Below are positions 47,201-57,700 of a stretch of 64,000 nt of DNA, one piece after another. Origin of the DNA: a bacterium (GTDB lineage: Bacteria > Zhuqueibacterota > Zhuqueibacteria > Residuimicrobiales > Krinioviventaceae); the NCBI GenBank assembly GCA_963693055.1, contig OY843751.1, positions 4,672,001-4,736,000 of the forward strand. Reading direction: 5' to 3'. The notes under the pieces are model-generated. The model ran no database searches. It was not told where the DNA came from and saw only the letters and a program-made list of their open reading frames with translations. Made by a program: the position numbers and the translations under genes. Each line of letters starts with the position of its first letter. Positions within the stretch are counted from its first letter, which is position 1.

Positions 47201-49099
47201 CTATTGAATATAAACCATTTTTTTCAATTTATGAAAGCCATTTCCTGTCAGCTCGTATAAATACACACCTGATGGCACCTGTTTGCCATAACGGTCCCGA
47301 CCATCCCAGACTTTACGGTACGCGCCTGCTGCGTATTTCCCGTTAGCCAGGCGAATTACTTGCTGTCCCAGTGTATTGTATATAGCCAAAGACACCTCCC
47401 CCGCTTCTGCAAGCGTAAAGGAGATAACCGTATTCGAATTAAAAGGATTGGGATAATTGTCATACAGCTCCCAATTATTAATACTTTTCCCACCTTCACA
47501 CGTAATCGCAAGCGAAAAATCAATCTCTAAAGAGTCAACTGCCATAGGAGCACCTCTGGGCCAGGTCCCTTTTTTACCCATACTGTCTGTTGCTGAAATA
47601 TAATACTGGATAATTCCCGAATACTCGTTTCCCGGTATCTTTGCCTGGTATCTGTCAATGGGAATAATATATTCCATATTCAGTGAATCGAAAGCGCCGG
47701 ATTTGCCATAACGATAATAAACCTTGAACGATGCAGAATCCAATGCTACCGGATCGGTAATTAAAACAGGTGGATCAATAGAAGCAAGAACGGTATAATC
47801 ATCTGCCGGATGTTTAAATTTGCTATAGCTGTAATCCTTAATTTCCGGTTCTTCACCGGCAGCCCATGCCATAAACAGATTAGCACCCAGGTTTGTATAG
47901 CACATTAAATCAATTTCTGTAGTATCCGGCCAAAAGCCTCCCTGTGTGGCAAGGCCCACTTCGGGAGTAAATGCAAAGATACCATGTTCTCCATACAACC
48001 AGTCATCCGAACTACCATTTGCCAGATAGCCAAGCTTGTTGGTGACGCCATTGTCTGGTGTGTAACCGTTATATGCAACACAACTGTCATTCAATGCCAG
48101 AAAAGCAGAGTAATCCGGTTCTTCCGGATTCTCAGCCTTATAACCCCATGGAAAAAGCCACAAATCACCATAACTGTGATAAAAAAGACTGATCACAAAA
48201 TTATGGGCTTCCACAAATTCTTTTATGGCCCAGGTTTCGGGTTCCGAAAAAGGCGCTAATCCCCGGAAACTTTCACTGTTCATATTCGGACTCGAACCCA
48301 CATCATTGTATGCCCAAGAAAAACCAAAATTCCGGTTCAGGTCTACTCCGTCTTTATCCGAATTGAAAACCCCGTTGCCATCGTTATCGTGCATATTTTT
48401 ACGCCACAAGATAGGATTTGAGGTGCTGTAAATGCCCCCATAATCTCCGGTAAAAACATAATCCCTGCCATCCGGATTTATACACAAAATAAACCACAAT
48501 TCACGATTATTGATCAGGTGGGTTACATATGCATCCGAACCATACCCATTCAACAAATAATCGATGAACACAATCAATATCTCTGGGGTAATAATTTCTC
48601 TGGCGTGAATAGCTGCGGTATACAAGACATCCGCCTCGGTTGAATCATCAACCGAAACATCATCAGATATTTTCATTGCAAGAATATCAAAACCTTTATT
48701 ATAGGCGACTTTATTATAGCTGTCACCAATATCAAAAATCCGCACCAAATCAGGATAGGCATTTTCCAGCGAATCCATCAAGGCTTCAATCTGTTGTATA
48801 CTGTGAAAATGTTTAAAGTAATTGCTGTTACGCAATTCGTCATATAATCCATTCAGATCATTAATAACCGTGTCAAACGAGAATCCCATATTCTGCAATT
48901 CTTTTTGCTGTTCATGTGTCAAAATTGCTTCTACAGTACCGGATTCAGGCGAGATATGGGTAATATCCAGATCCATCTCGTACAATTGTTTAATATCATC
49001 CGAATTTTCGGTTTCAATTCTTAAAAGTGAAGATGCCGCATTATTGGCGGCATTAATTGTCATGGTTAAAAATACCAGACACATAATGATGTATTTCAT
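47201..49099 (-). CDS. M14 zinc carboxypeptidase (carboxypeptidase T-like) with C-terminal sorting domain
   Basis: IHARE, NPDG, WRKN, GVDLNRNF, PFSEPE, YHSY, G...DW, TPEV; C-terminal NYPNPFN. Confidence 0.9.
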   Translation of the reverse strand: MKYIIMCLVFLTMTINAANNAASSLLRIETENSDDIKQLYEMDLDITHISPESGTVEAILTHEQQKELQNMGFSFDTVINDLNGLYDELRNSNYFKHFHSIQQIEALMDSLENAYPDLVRIFDIGDSYNKVAYNKGFDILAMKISDDVSVDDSTEADVLYTAAIHAREIITPEILIVFIDYLLNGYGSDAYVTHLINNRELWFILCINPDGRDYVFTGDYGGIYSTSNPILWRKNMHDNDGNGVFNSDKDGVDLNRNFGFSWAYNDVGSSPNMNSESFRGLAPFSEPETWAIKEFVEAHNFVISLFYHSYGDLWLFPWGYKAENPEEPDYSAFLALNDSCVAYNGYTPDNGVTNKLGYLANGSSDDWLYGEHGIFAFTPEVGLATQGGFWPDTTEIDLMCYTNLGANLFMAWAAGEEPEIKDYSYSKFKHPADDYTVLASIDPPVLITDPVALDSASFKVYYRYGKSGAFDSLNMEYIIPIDRYQAKIPGNEYSGIIQYYISATDSMGKKGTWPRGAPMAVDSLEIDFSLAITCEGGKSINNWELYDNYPNPFNSNTVISFTLAEAGEVSLAIYNTLGQQVIRLANGKYAAGAYRKVWDGRDRYGKQVPSGVYLYELTGNGFHKLKKMVYIQ

Positions 49100-49752
49100 T
49101 TTTCTCCCTTGAATTGCTCCATCGCATACACAGACAGCAAGCGTACCTTGTTATAGTCATATACAAATTCAATCTGGATGATCTGGCTAATTCGTTCTAT
49201 TCGAGTAAATACCACAACCTCAGCCTGTTTTTCATCATATATAATCTGCCAATTAAAATCAGACGGCAGGTTTAAATCCGTGCCCTTTTGTCTGTAATGG
49301 GTCTCTATCTGTTTTAAATAATCTTTCGCCTGGATTTTCACCAAATCCGTAAAAGCACTCAGATCCTTATAATCGAGAATTGAATCTACTTTGACGGATT
49401 TGAACGGCAATGCTATATCGGGTTTAAACCGCAGCGTATCGGTAACAATAGTACCCGTAATTTTAATATATACCGATTTATCATATAGCAAAGAATCTGC
49501 CAATAATGCATACCCCATCGTACCGGGAGGTGTCCAGTTTGTGAGCATGGGTTGCCAGGTTCGATTTGAATAGCGGTATCCGTATACTCCGTATATTTTT
49601 TCAGGATCACCTGCATTTATCGAGTCAATAACCGAAACATATTTTAAAAATAAAGAACCAAACCGGGAAAGGTCATAGTTCACCCTTGGGCTGTTATTAC
49701 AACCGGTGATCATCAATAATGCTACAAATATAACAATTGAAATATAACGCAT
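49096..49752 (-). CDS. Hypothetical lipoprotein
   Basis: MRYISIVIFVALLMITGC lipobox-like signal; fits tightly between the CHAD and peptidase genes. Confidence 0.6.
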   Translation of the reverse strand: MRYISIVIFVALLMITGCNNSPRVNYDLSRFGSLFLKYVSVIDSINAGDPEKIYGVYGYRYSNRTWQPMLTNWTPPGTMGYALLADSLLYDKSVYIKITGTIVTDTLRFKPDIALPFKSVKVDSILDYKDLSAFTDLVKIQAKDYLKQIETHYRQKGTDLNLPSDFNWQIIYDEKQAEVVVFTRIERISQIIQIEFVYDYNKVRLLSVYAMEQFKGEK

Positions 49753-49754
49753 AT

Positions 49755-50645
49755 TTATTTTAGATGGATTTGCCATGACGATTTTAAATGATTGATCCAT
49801 ACATCAGGAGACTCTATGAACAATTTATTTCCGTCTGCGTGCGCAAGAGACTCTAATCTTGCTTTCTCCTGATCAATACTTTTTAACATATTTCTTATAG
49901 CAGAAACCGGGCCTGCATTTGGATTTTGCAGCAAAAACTGTTTCAATTCATATAAATCATGATCGATCCCCAAATACCCGGAAAGTATATGAAATTCTTC
50001 TGCCAGATCAGTCAAATCATCAGGCTGTTCAGAGGTCAAAATCAATAACTGATACCATAAATATTTCACATCTTTGCGCCATTCATGCATCAGCACATCA
50101 CTTTTCTCTTTAAATACAGTTTGCATATGATCTTGACCATTTTTATAGATTTTTTCTATTCCCTGCCAAAACAAGTCATCAGAATCCTCAATCTGCCAAT
50201 CCTTTGCACGTGTAGCAAGTATTTGCAGCTCTTTTATAATATGTTCTTTGACATTATTTTCCCGGAATAATCGGGTATGCTCTAGATAATTTTCATTCAA
50301 AGTTTGACGTACAGATTCCCAACCCGTTTTATCCTGTTCACTCAACGACTCAGACAAAACATCCAGTGTTTCCACAAGAATAAAGCTGTCCCTGTTGTCA
50401 GAAAGTAGCCTGCCTATATCCCGAAGTGCCAGATTCTCAAATCTATAAACATCATTACCAAGCTGAACCTGTAACAGCCTCAACATGGCTCTGCATTTTT
50501 TTACATTCGTACGTGTATTGTGGATGCGCTCATCAAGATTTACAGTCTCATCAGACAGCTCCCCACTCATAGATGAAAACAGTTCTGTTAGAATTCGTAC
50601 AACACCCCAGGACAAAGATTCAAAAGGTAACAGCGAAAATGCCAT
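49755..50645 (-). CDS. CHAD domain protein
   Basis: IHNTR..VKKCRA.LRL, L...RD..IL, HEWRKDVKYL.YQ, LG.DHDL. Confidence 0.88.
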   Translation of the reverse strand: MAFSLLPFESLSWGVVRILTELFSSMSGELSDETVNLDERIHNTRTNVKKCRAMLRLLQVQLGNDVYRFENLALRDIGRLLSDNRDSFILVETLDVLSESLSEQDKTGWESVRQTLNENYLEHTRLFRENNVKEHIIKELQILATRAKDWQIEDSDDLFWQGIEKIYKNGQDHMQTVFKEKSDVLMHEWRKDVKYLWYQLLILTSEQPDDLTDLAEEFHILSGYLGIDHDLYELKQFLLQNPNAGPVSAIRNMLKSIDQEKARLESLAHADGNKLFIESPDVWINHLKSSWQIHLK

Positions 50646-50716
50646 AGCTCACAGCTCGCATATAGTATGAATACGGTCCATTAAAAAATAACAGAGATCC
50701 CCCCCAGTGGACAGCT

Positions 50717-51493
50717 CTATTTTAATTTATTCACAACCTGTCTGGTGATCTGCTCAACCAGTTCAGGAGAAACATCGGTTACTGCATCATTAGCTTTTGC
50801 AGCGGTAGGTACCTGACAGCCATCGATCTCACAGGTTGGCGCATCGGGACGGATACCAAAGCGTTTACGAAGATCCATCAGTTCCTGCATTTTCTCACCC
50901 TTGATGGATTGAACATTACCCAATTGATGAGCCACAAACATGATCTTGGCAAAGTGCTCCATGGTTTCCATTTTAAAATGAGCATCTGTAATAGTTTTAC
51001 CAACGGTAATGGCGCCATGATTTTCTAATAGCACTGCGTCATATTGTTTCAAATATTTACTTACAACATCTGCCAGTTCCTGGGTACCAGGAGTAGCATA
51101 TTCAGCAATAGGAATAGAACCCACACTTACAATCACTTCCGGCAAAACACACTGAGTCAATGGAATGCCGGCAACCGCATAACCTGTAGCTGTTGGCGGA
51201 TGAGCATGCGCAACAGAATTAATATCAGGACGAGCTTTATAGATGGTTACATGCATCTTGGCTTCGGAAGACGCCTTGCGGGTTCCGGATACCTGATTAC
51301 CATTTTCATCTACAATTACCAGATCACTGGGAACCAGAAAGCCTTTACTCATTCCTGTGGGTGTCATTAAAAAATGTCCGTTATCCAATCTGCAGCTTAC
51401 ATTGCCATCGTTTGCGGCAACATAACCGCGATCATATATTCTGCGGCAGATATCAACCATTTCTTTTTTTAAACTGAATAATGAAGTAGCCAT
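50717..51493 (-). CDS. Class II aldolase (FucA-like) with C-terminal encapsulation peptide
   Basis: DGNVS.R, TPTG, SSE..MH..IY..RPD..SV.HAHP, LL.NHG; C-terminal linker plus amphipathic helix ELVEQITRQVVNKL. Confidence 0.9.
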   Translation of the reverse strand: MATSLFSLKKEMVDICRRIYDRGYVAANDGNVSCRLDNGHFLMTPTGMSKGFLVPSDLVIVDENGNQVSGTRKASSEAKMHVTIYKARPDINSVAHAHPPTATGYAVAGIPLTQCVLPEVIVSVGSIPIAEYATPGTQELADVVSKYLKQYDAVLLENHGAITVGKTITDAHFKMETMEHFAKIMFVAHQLGNVQSIKGEKMQELMDLRKRFGIRPDAPTCEIDGCQVPTAAKANDAVTDVSPELVEQITRQVVNKLK

Positions 51494-51509
51494 AACATCC
51501 TTCTCTTCT

Positions 51510-51788
51510 TTATAATTCAACATTCACATTTACTGTATCCACAACACCTACAATTATACTTCTTACCGGTGCCTGATTGATTCCCAGTATATCAGAGGCT
51601 GTTTTGCCTTCCCGGGAAACCATCACAATATCGCCAATACCGGCATCTACAGAATCAACCGCTACAGTTGTGTTTGTTTCTTCTTCACACAGCGGAGATA
51701 TATTCCGCAATAGCAACAATTTACACCCTTTATAGGCAGGATGATGAATTGTACTGGTTACATTACCAATTACTACAGCCAGTTCCAT
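51510..51788 (-). CDS. BMC pentamer (EutN/CcmL family)
   Basis: M.LA.V.G.V.ST......G.KLL...VAVD.V.AGIGD.V....G...I.GVVD. Confidence 0.9.
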   Translation of the reverse strand: MELAVVIGNVTSTIHHPAYKGCKLLLLRNISPLCEEETNTTVAVDSVDAGIGDIVMVSREGKTASDILGINQAPVRSIIVGVVDTVNVNVEL

Positions 51789-51790
51789 CT

Positions 51791-52123
51791 CTATCCCCGC
51801 ACCTGTTTCAAATTCTGTTCTTTCCACTTTTTTAACCGGCTGTTTGTATACCGTTTATCTTTGGCAAAAGTATTATCCACAATACCCACAATAGACGCGT
51901 CAGAAGGGATCTTTTTTCCTTCCATTGCAAATGAAGCTTCGCGGGAACTGACCCAGTATACCAGGTCATCTTCTCTTGAACCAACCGTATCTGCCGCCAG
52001 AATGGGTTTACCCATTGCTTCTTTTTTTTCATTCACTGGCTGTAAAATATACAATTTTACGCCTGTGAGTTGCGGGTCTTTGTGTGTGGCCCATACTCTG
52101 CCCACAATTATTCCAAGTTTCAT
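51791..52123 (-). CDS. BMC pentamer (EutN/CcmL family)
   Basis: MKLG.IVG.VWAT.KD..L.G.KL..LQP...AADTVG...SSREA...P.DA.IVGIVD; basic C-terminal extension. Confidence 0.9.
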   Translation of the reverse strand: MKLGIIVGRVWATHKDPQLTGVKLYILQPVNEKKEAMGKPILAADTVGSREDDLVYWVSSREASFAMEGKKIPSDASIVGIVDNTFAKDKRYTNSRLKKWKEQNLKQVRG

Positions 52124-52125
52124 AA

Positions 52126-53544
52126 TTATACAACCCGCAAATAATCAACCATGGAGCATCTGCGCATGCGTGTAAATGTGCGCGCGGAAGTAATTCCTTC
52201 TCCGGTTGGGCTGGCAATACTATGGCTCAAATACCCTTCGCCACCAATACCAAGTCCCGCAAAGGATGGCCCGTTTTTCACAAACAAAGTACAGTTCATC
52301 AACTTTGCCATCTTGGTCATATTTTCAACATTTTTCGAGTGCATGAGTGCAGTATGTCTAAAATTGTGTTCTACTTTTTGGGCCAAAAGTATAGCTGCGT
52401 CAACATTGGGTGAACGTAAAAAGGGTAAACAATTCATCATTTGTTCGGCAACAACAAAGGGGTGATCATTCGGAGTTTCTGCAAACAACATTTCAGTATC
52501 CGCGGGGATGCTTATACCCAATGCATCCGCCAGATAGTGTGCATCTTTACCAACAAACTCGCGGTTCAGAACAGGTTCACCAGATCCTTTACCACCATCT
52601 TTAAAAACAATCTCTGCCAGACGGTCAATCTGTTCAAGAGTCAGTTCAAATGATTTATGTGTAACAAGCTGACGTTTCAATTCGTCGGCAATACTTTCAA
52701 CAGCAATAATAATTTTTTCGCCAATACATAACAAATTATTATCAAATGTAGCACCTTCAATAATGCTCCTGGCAGCATTGGCAAGATCTGCGGTTTCGTC
52801 TACTACAACAGGAGGATTACCAGGGCCAGCACAGATAGCACGTTTGCCCGCTTTCATAGCAGCTTTAACAACACCGGGACCACCGGTAATACATAATATA
52901 TTAACCTTGGGATGAGTGAACAAAGTTTGACCGGTTTCCATAGTAGGATTTTTCACACAGGTGATCAAATTTGCAGGTCCACCAACTTTGACTATTGCTT
53001 CATTGATCAATTGAACGGCATAATTGGTTACGTTCTTTGCACCTGGGTGAGCATTGGCAATAATTGAATTACCGGCTGCAATCATGCTGATTGCGTTATT
53101 GATCATAGTTGGTACAGGATGGGTCGAAGGTAAAATAGCTCCAATAGTACCAAAAGGTGCCATTTCTACAACCGTCAGTCCATGATCACCAGACCAAGCA
53201 ATGGTCTCCAGGTCTTCAACACCCGGGGTATGCTTTGAAGCCAGTTTACATTTTTGTATTTTATGTTCAACACGGCCCATTTTTGTTTCTGCAACCGTCA
53301 TTTGGCCAAACTCAACTGCATTGTCCTGACCTACCTGGCGAATGGCTTCAATGATATCTTTGCGCAATTCAATAGTGCTGTCAACCAGCTTGAGCTGTGC
53401 TTCATATGCCGCGTCTATTGCATCTTCAATATTATCAAATACACCGGTTGAACAGGTCGTGCAAGTGCTGGATGCACCTTTTTTTTCAACATTCAACTCG
53501 GTCAATACTCGCTGCACTATGGCAGATATTTGTTTTTCATCCAC
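52126..53544 (-). CDS. CoA-acylating aldehyde dehydrogenase (EutE/PduP family) with N-terminal encapsulation peptide
   Basis: EKQISAIVQRVLTEL; ET.MGR, GD.GLT, P.T.P, TGGPGVV, AGPGNPP, SII.GA.FDNNL.C..EK, A.PTGEG.TSARTFTR.RRC. Confidence 0.93.
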   Translation of the reverse strand: MDEKQISAIVQRVLTELNVEKKGASSTCTTCSTGVFDNIEDAIDAAYEAQLKLVDSTIELRKDIIEAIRQVGQDNAVEFGQMTVAETKMGRVEHKIQKCKLASKHTPGVEDLETIAWSGDHGLTVVEMAPFGTIGAILPSTHPVPTMINNAISMIAAGNSIIANAHPGAKNVTNYAVQLINEAIVKVGGPANLITCVKNPTMETGQTLFTHPKVNILCITGGPGVVKAAMKAGKRAICAGPGNPPVVVDETADLANAARSIIEGATFDNNLLCIGEKIIIAVESIADELKRQLVTHKSFELTLEQIDRLAEIVFKDGGKGSGEPVLNREFVGKDAHYLADALGISIPADTEMLFAETPNDHPFVVAEQMMNCLPFLRSPNVDAAILLAQKVEHNFRHTALMHSKNVENMTKMAKLMNCTLFVKNGPSFAGLGIGGEGYLSHSIASPTGEGITSARTFTRMRRCSMVDYLRVV

Positions 53545-53570
53545 AGTATTATTCCCTTATCCAATACAAC

Positions 53571-53858
53571 CTATTTTTGATATACTACTTTACCCTTGAA
53601 TTCCATTGTATCAATAATACCAATGATACACGTATCCGTGGGTACACTTTCCATATTGACGGCCTGTCGCGCTGAACTGCCGCGAACCAGAATGACCATT
53701 TCATCAATTCCGGCGCCAACTGTATCTACAGCAATCACATTGCCAGATGATGCCTTGCCATCCGGTGAAACCAGATTTACGATCATCAACTTGCTGCCGG
53801 ACAATTTTTTGTCCTTGATGGTTGACACAACCGTACCAACTACTTTACCTAATTCCAC
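53571..53858 (-). CDS. eutN: BMC pentamer (EutN/CcmL family)
   Basis: GKVVGTVVST.KD..L.G.KL...AVDTVGAG..E.V..V.GSSAR...P.D..I.GIID. Confidence 0.92.
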   Translation of the reverse strand: MELGKVVGTVVSTIKDKKLSGSKLMIVNLVSPDGKASSGNVIAVDTVGAGIDEMVILVRGSSARQAVNMESVPTDTCIIGIIDTMEFKGKVVYQK

Positions 53859-53868
53859 AATAACTCCT

Positions 53869-54573
53869 TTATGCGTTGCCTGATGTTATCAGTCCCTGGT
53901 CTGCAAAGCTGTAATAACTGTCTTTGCCAATAATAATATGATCAAGAACATTCACATCAAAATATTTACATGCGGCACTAATCTTTTCTGTAACATTTCG
54001 GTCTTCATGTGAGGGAGAAGGATTTCCACTCGGATGGTTATGCAGCAAAATAATGTTCGCCGCTGCTGCCTGTACCGCCTCCAGAATAATTTCACGTGGA
54101 GACACGACACTCTCACACAAACTTCCTTCAAAAAGTGTTTTTTCTTTCAGCACCTGGTTACGCGCAGACAGATACAACACTTTGAAAACTTCACGGCCCA
54201 GATCACGCATGCGCAAATGGACCAATTGATAAACATCATCAGAGCAGCTAATGTGCTCATTCTCCCGCCATTTCTGTTTAACCAGCCGTTTAGACAATTC
54301 CAATGCTGATTTGATCTGACAGGCTTTTGCCAAACCGATCCCTTTTACCGTTTGTAACTGCTGGATCGATACAGCATCTAATCCACGAATTCCTCCAAAC
54401 TCTTTTAGCAGGCTGCGGGCCATATCCACGGATGTTACTTTGCCATTTCCCGTTCGTAAGATGATCGCCAACAGTTCCGCTTCAGACAGGGCCTCAGGTC
54501 CATTGTGCAGCATCCGCTCTCTGGGACGCTCGTCCTGCGGCCAATCCGGTATTTTCGTTCGATAGGTATCCAT
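53869..54573 (-). CDS. radC: RadC-like JAB domain protein
   Basis: WP.DERPRE.....G...LS.AELLAI.L.TG, KGIG.AKA, PREI, HNHPSG.P.PS..D, LDHIIIG. Confidence 0.95.
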   Translation of the reverse strand: MDTYRTKIPDWPQDERPRERMLHNGPEALSEAELLAIILRTGNGKVTSVDMARSLLKEFGGIRGLDAVSIQQLQTVKGIGLAKACQIKSALELSKRLVKQKWRENEHISCSDDVYQLVHLRMRDLGREVFKVLYLSARNQVLKEKTLFEGSLCESVVSPREIILEAVQAAAANIILLHNHPSGNPSPSHEDRNVTEKISAACKYFDVNVLDHIIIGKDSYYSFADQGLITSGNA

Positions 54574-54628
54574 GTATCACAAGTTAAAACAATATATTGC
54601 AATATTGAATAAAAATCAAGCATCAAAT

Positions 54629-54668
54629 AAAAAAAAGGGCCGGATTCTAAAACCCGGCCCACTTTTTT
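54629..54668 (-). terminator. Rho-independent (possibly bidirectional) terminator
   Basis: Stem gggccgg/ccggccc (54637-54660) with A- and T-tracts on both sides, just downstream of the 1793-aa gene. Confidence 0.75.
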
Positions 54669-54702
54669 TATCTTGTATCCCTGCTTGGCAGGAAAATTTA
54701 TT

Positions 54703-57700
54703 TTATTTCAGGAACGACATCTTGATTGTGTTTACATAGTCTCCTGCGCGCATCTGCATAAAGTACAGACCGGTAGAAACCTGCAAGCCTAAATCATTCC
54801 GTCCATCCCATATTGCCGTATGGAATCCCGCTGCTTTTTGATCGTCTATCAGGGTGCGGATCTTTTGTCCATTAATGTTGTAAATATCAATCACAACGTT
54901 AGCCGCTTTAGGAACCTGATATTGAATCGTTGTCTGCGGATTAAACGGATTCGGATAGTTCTGCTCTAATTTAAAGGTTTTGGGCAATACTTTAGATTCT
55001 TCGATTCCGCTTTCAATAATACTTACCCATAAAGTATCGGATGATGTTTTCATACTGGTATCAACTTTTGATCTGGCGAATGCAACAATCGCATAATCAC
55101 CTTTTTCTGACCATTTATGCGCAGCGGTAGTATCTGCAGACCAGGCTGAAGCCGTGCCATCACCCCAGCTGAATTGATATTCCACGGTTTCACCAACAGT
55201 TGAAACAACCTTTGAAGTGGCAAAACCATAGTACTGATCAATCATCAAATTGGTTTGACCTTCAGGCATTGCAGGTTGAGCAATGGTCATTTGGCGCTGA
55301 CCCAATGTTAGATAACAGAATTCCAATACTTTGACATAAATATTGTTTTCATCATAGCTGAATATTTCAAGCACTGTCCATTCACCTGACAATACAGAGT
55401 AATAAAAAACAGTCAATTCTTCCGGACTATCTACACCCGCGCTATCGAGTACTTCCTGAGTATAAGGAATACTGATGGTTACGGAATCTGCAAATGTAAG
55501 ACCTGCCGGTCCAAAATGGATGGCAAGGGCCATACCGTGTGAACCTTCTGGTAATTCCGGATATCCATCAACCACACTGATACTGATCTCGGTTGTATCA
55601 ATCAATGCGTTTTCAGGAATTGATACTGCAATACCGGTTGTATCATCAAATACAATACCACCTGCAATTGTAAGTGTATCTTTAGCAGTATGGACTACTG
55701 ATGCTATACCGGTTTGAAATGTAAAAGAGGAATCAATACTGTTTGTAACAGGTGAAGTATCTTCACATTGAATATGCACGTTAATAGTGCTATCTGGTTG
55801 GAATGCTGTTTCCGGTTCATAGTAGACGATACAAGATTGACCTTTATACTCTACACTTGCGTAACCACCGGTTTGATCTGCACCATTTCTCAACACATCA
55901 ACACCCTCAACGGTAAACATCAACGTTGCCAAATTAACCGAAGTACCCAAATCGCGAAGCTTAAACTGTACGGGAGAGTTAACCGGTACTTTTTTCGAGT
56001 TGGGTGCGGGGAATGCATAAACAAGTTCAGGTGCGTCAACATCACCCGAGCTGAATGTTGCGGTAATGGTCATAGCAGAATCCATAACAACTGTGTCAGG
56101 ATTACTTTCGCTAAGCAGATCACCACTCCATTCAACAAAGACATAACCACTTTCTTCGTTGGGTATTGCGGTTACCGGTATTTCTTCACCCATATCAAAC
56201 CATGCACCAGGAGACGCAGGAGTTACTTCACCGCCATCTTCAGGGTCAACATGGGTTGAAAGATAGAACTGGGTCATATAGTTTGCTGTAAATGTGGTAT
56301 CCGTTTTGACCGTTACAACATGTTCACGTGATTTTTCATCACTCCAATCGGTAAAATAGTAGCGAATTCCGGTACCACCACTCTTTAATGTATCTGCACT
56401 AATTGTATGTATAGAATTTTCTTCCCAACTGAATGTAAATGGAGTTTTGTACTTCATACCATCAATACTTACAGTCAGACTTTCGGGTACTGTTGCAACA
56501 ACAACCTGTTTCAATCTTCCAAAAGAAGCGGTGACGGATTTGGGACCATCCATAACCAGGGTGTCTGGTGTTGCTTTGCCGGTCAAATCACCAGTCCAAC
56601 CAATGAAACGAAATCCGTTTGCTGTATCCGGTTCTGCAACCAATTCTACTTTTGCTTCCGCAGCGTACCAGTCACCTGGTGCAGGAGGAGTTACAGTACC
56701 ACCCTCTTCAGGATCAACTGCTGTAGTTAACAGATATTCAGTGTCAAACAAGGCACTATAAACCAGTACGCCATTGACAGTAATATTATGTGACTGTGCA
56801 CCGTCATCACTCCAGGTATCAAACTGATAACGAGTACCTTGACCACTAAACTGGGTTGTAGAATCTTCAGAAATTGCAATAGTATGAACTGATCCTGCTT
56901 CCCACTCGAAATCCTGAGGAGCAATGTAGGATTCTCCATCAACAACAATGGACCGTCCCGGAGGATCAGTTGTAATTCTTACGTCACCCAACTTTATAAA
57001 GTTTGCAACTATTTGTTTATTTCCATTCATGGTAACCGTGGTCAAATTTACATCTGCATCAGCTACACCACCGGTCCAGTTGGCAAAACGATAGCCTTCG
57101 GCAGCAATAGCTTCAAGAGAAACGACAGAGTCAACCCCAAGAACATATTGCCCAACTGCAGGATCAGTTGTACCTGCATTCTCCGGGCTTACAGAGATAT
57201 CCAAAGTAAACTCGTCCGGCTCAAAATGTGCCAGAACATTTTTATCTTTAGACATGACAACAGTTGTGGAAGCTTTTGTAGAATCCGTAACACCACCGGA
57301 CCATTTTACAAATCGGTATCCACTCAGGGCTGTTGCAGAAATATTTACAACCGCTCCACTGTCATAATCGTATTCTCCTGCTGTAGGTACAGTTGTACCA
57401 CCGCCAACAGGATCAGGACCAATGTTTAAAGTGTAGGTTATCTTTTCAAATTTGGCGGTTACGGTTTCATCCTGAATAATACGGATGGTCGAACTTGCGC
57501 TAGTAGTATCATCAACATTATTGCTCCAGCCTACAAATCTGTAACCGGCATTGGGAATTGCTGTCAAATCTACCAATGAATATGTATTATATGTATGCTC
57601 ACCCGGTTCAGGATCAGTAGTACCACCCTCTGCCGGATCAGCAACCATTGTTAATGTAAAATCCTGTTTACCAAATACAGCCAAAACAGTTTTATCGTTA

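Noticed and set aside
53869-54573. radC as a marker of a mobile element
   Set aside because: It is the full-length chromosomal type with the N-terminal helix-hairpin-helix region, and no integrase or conjugation genes are nearby.
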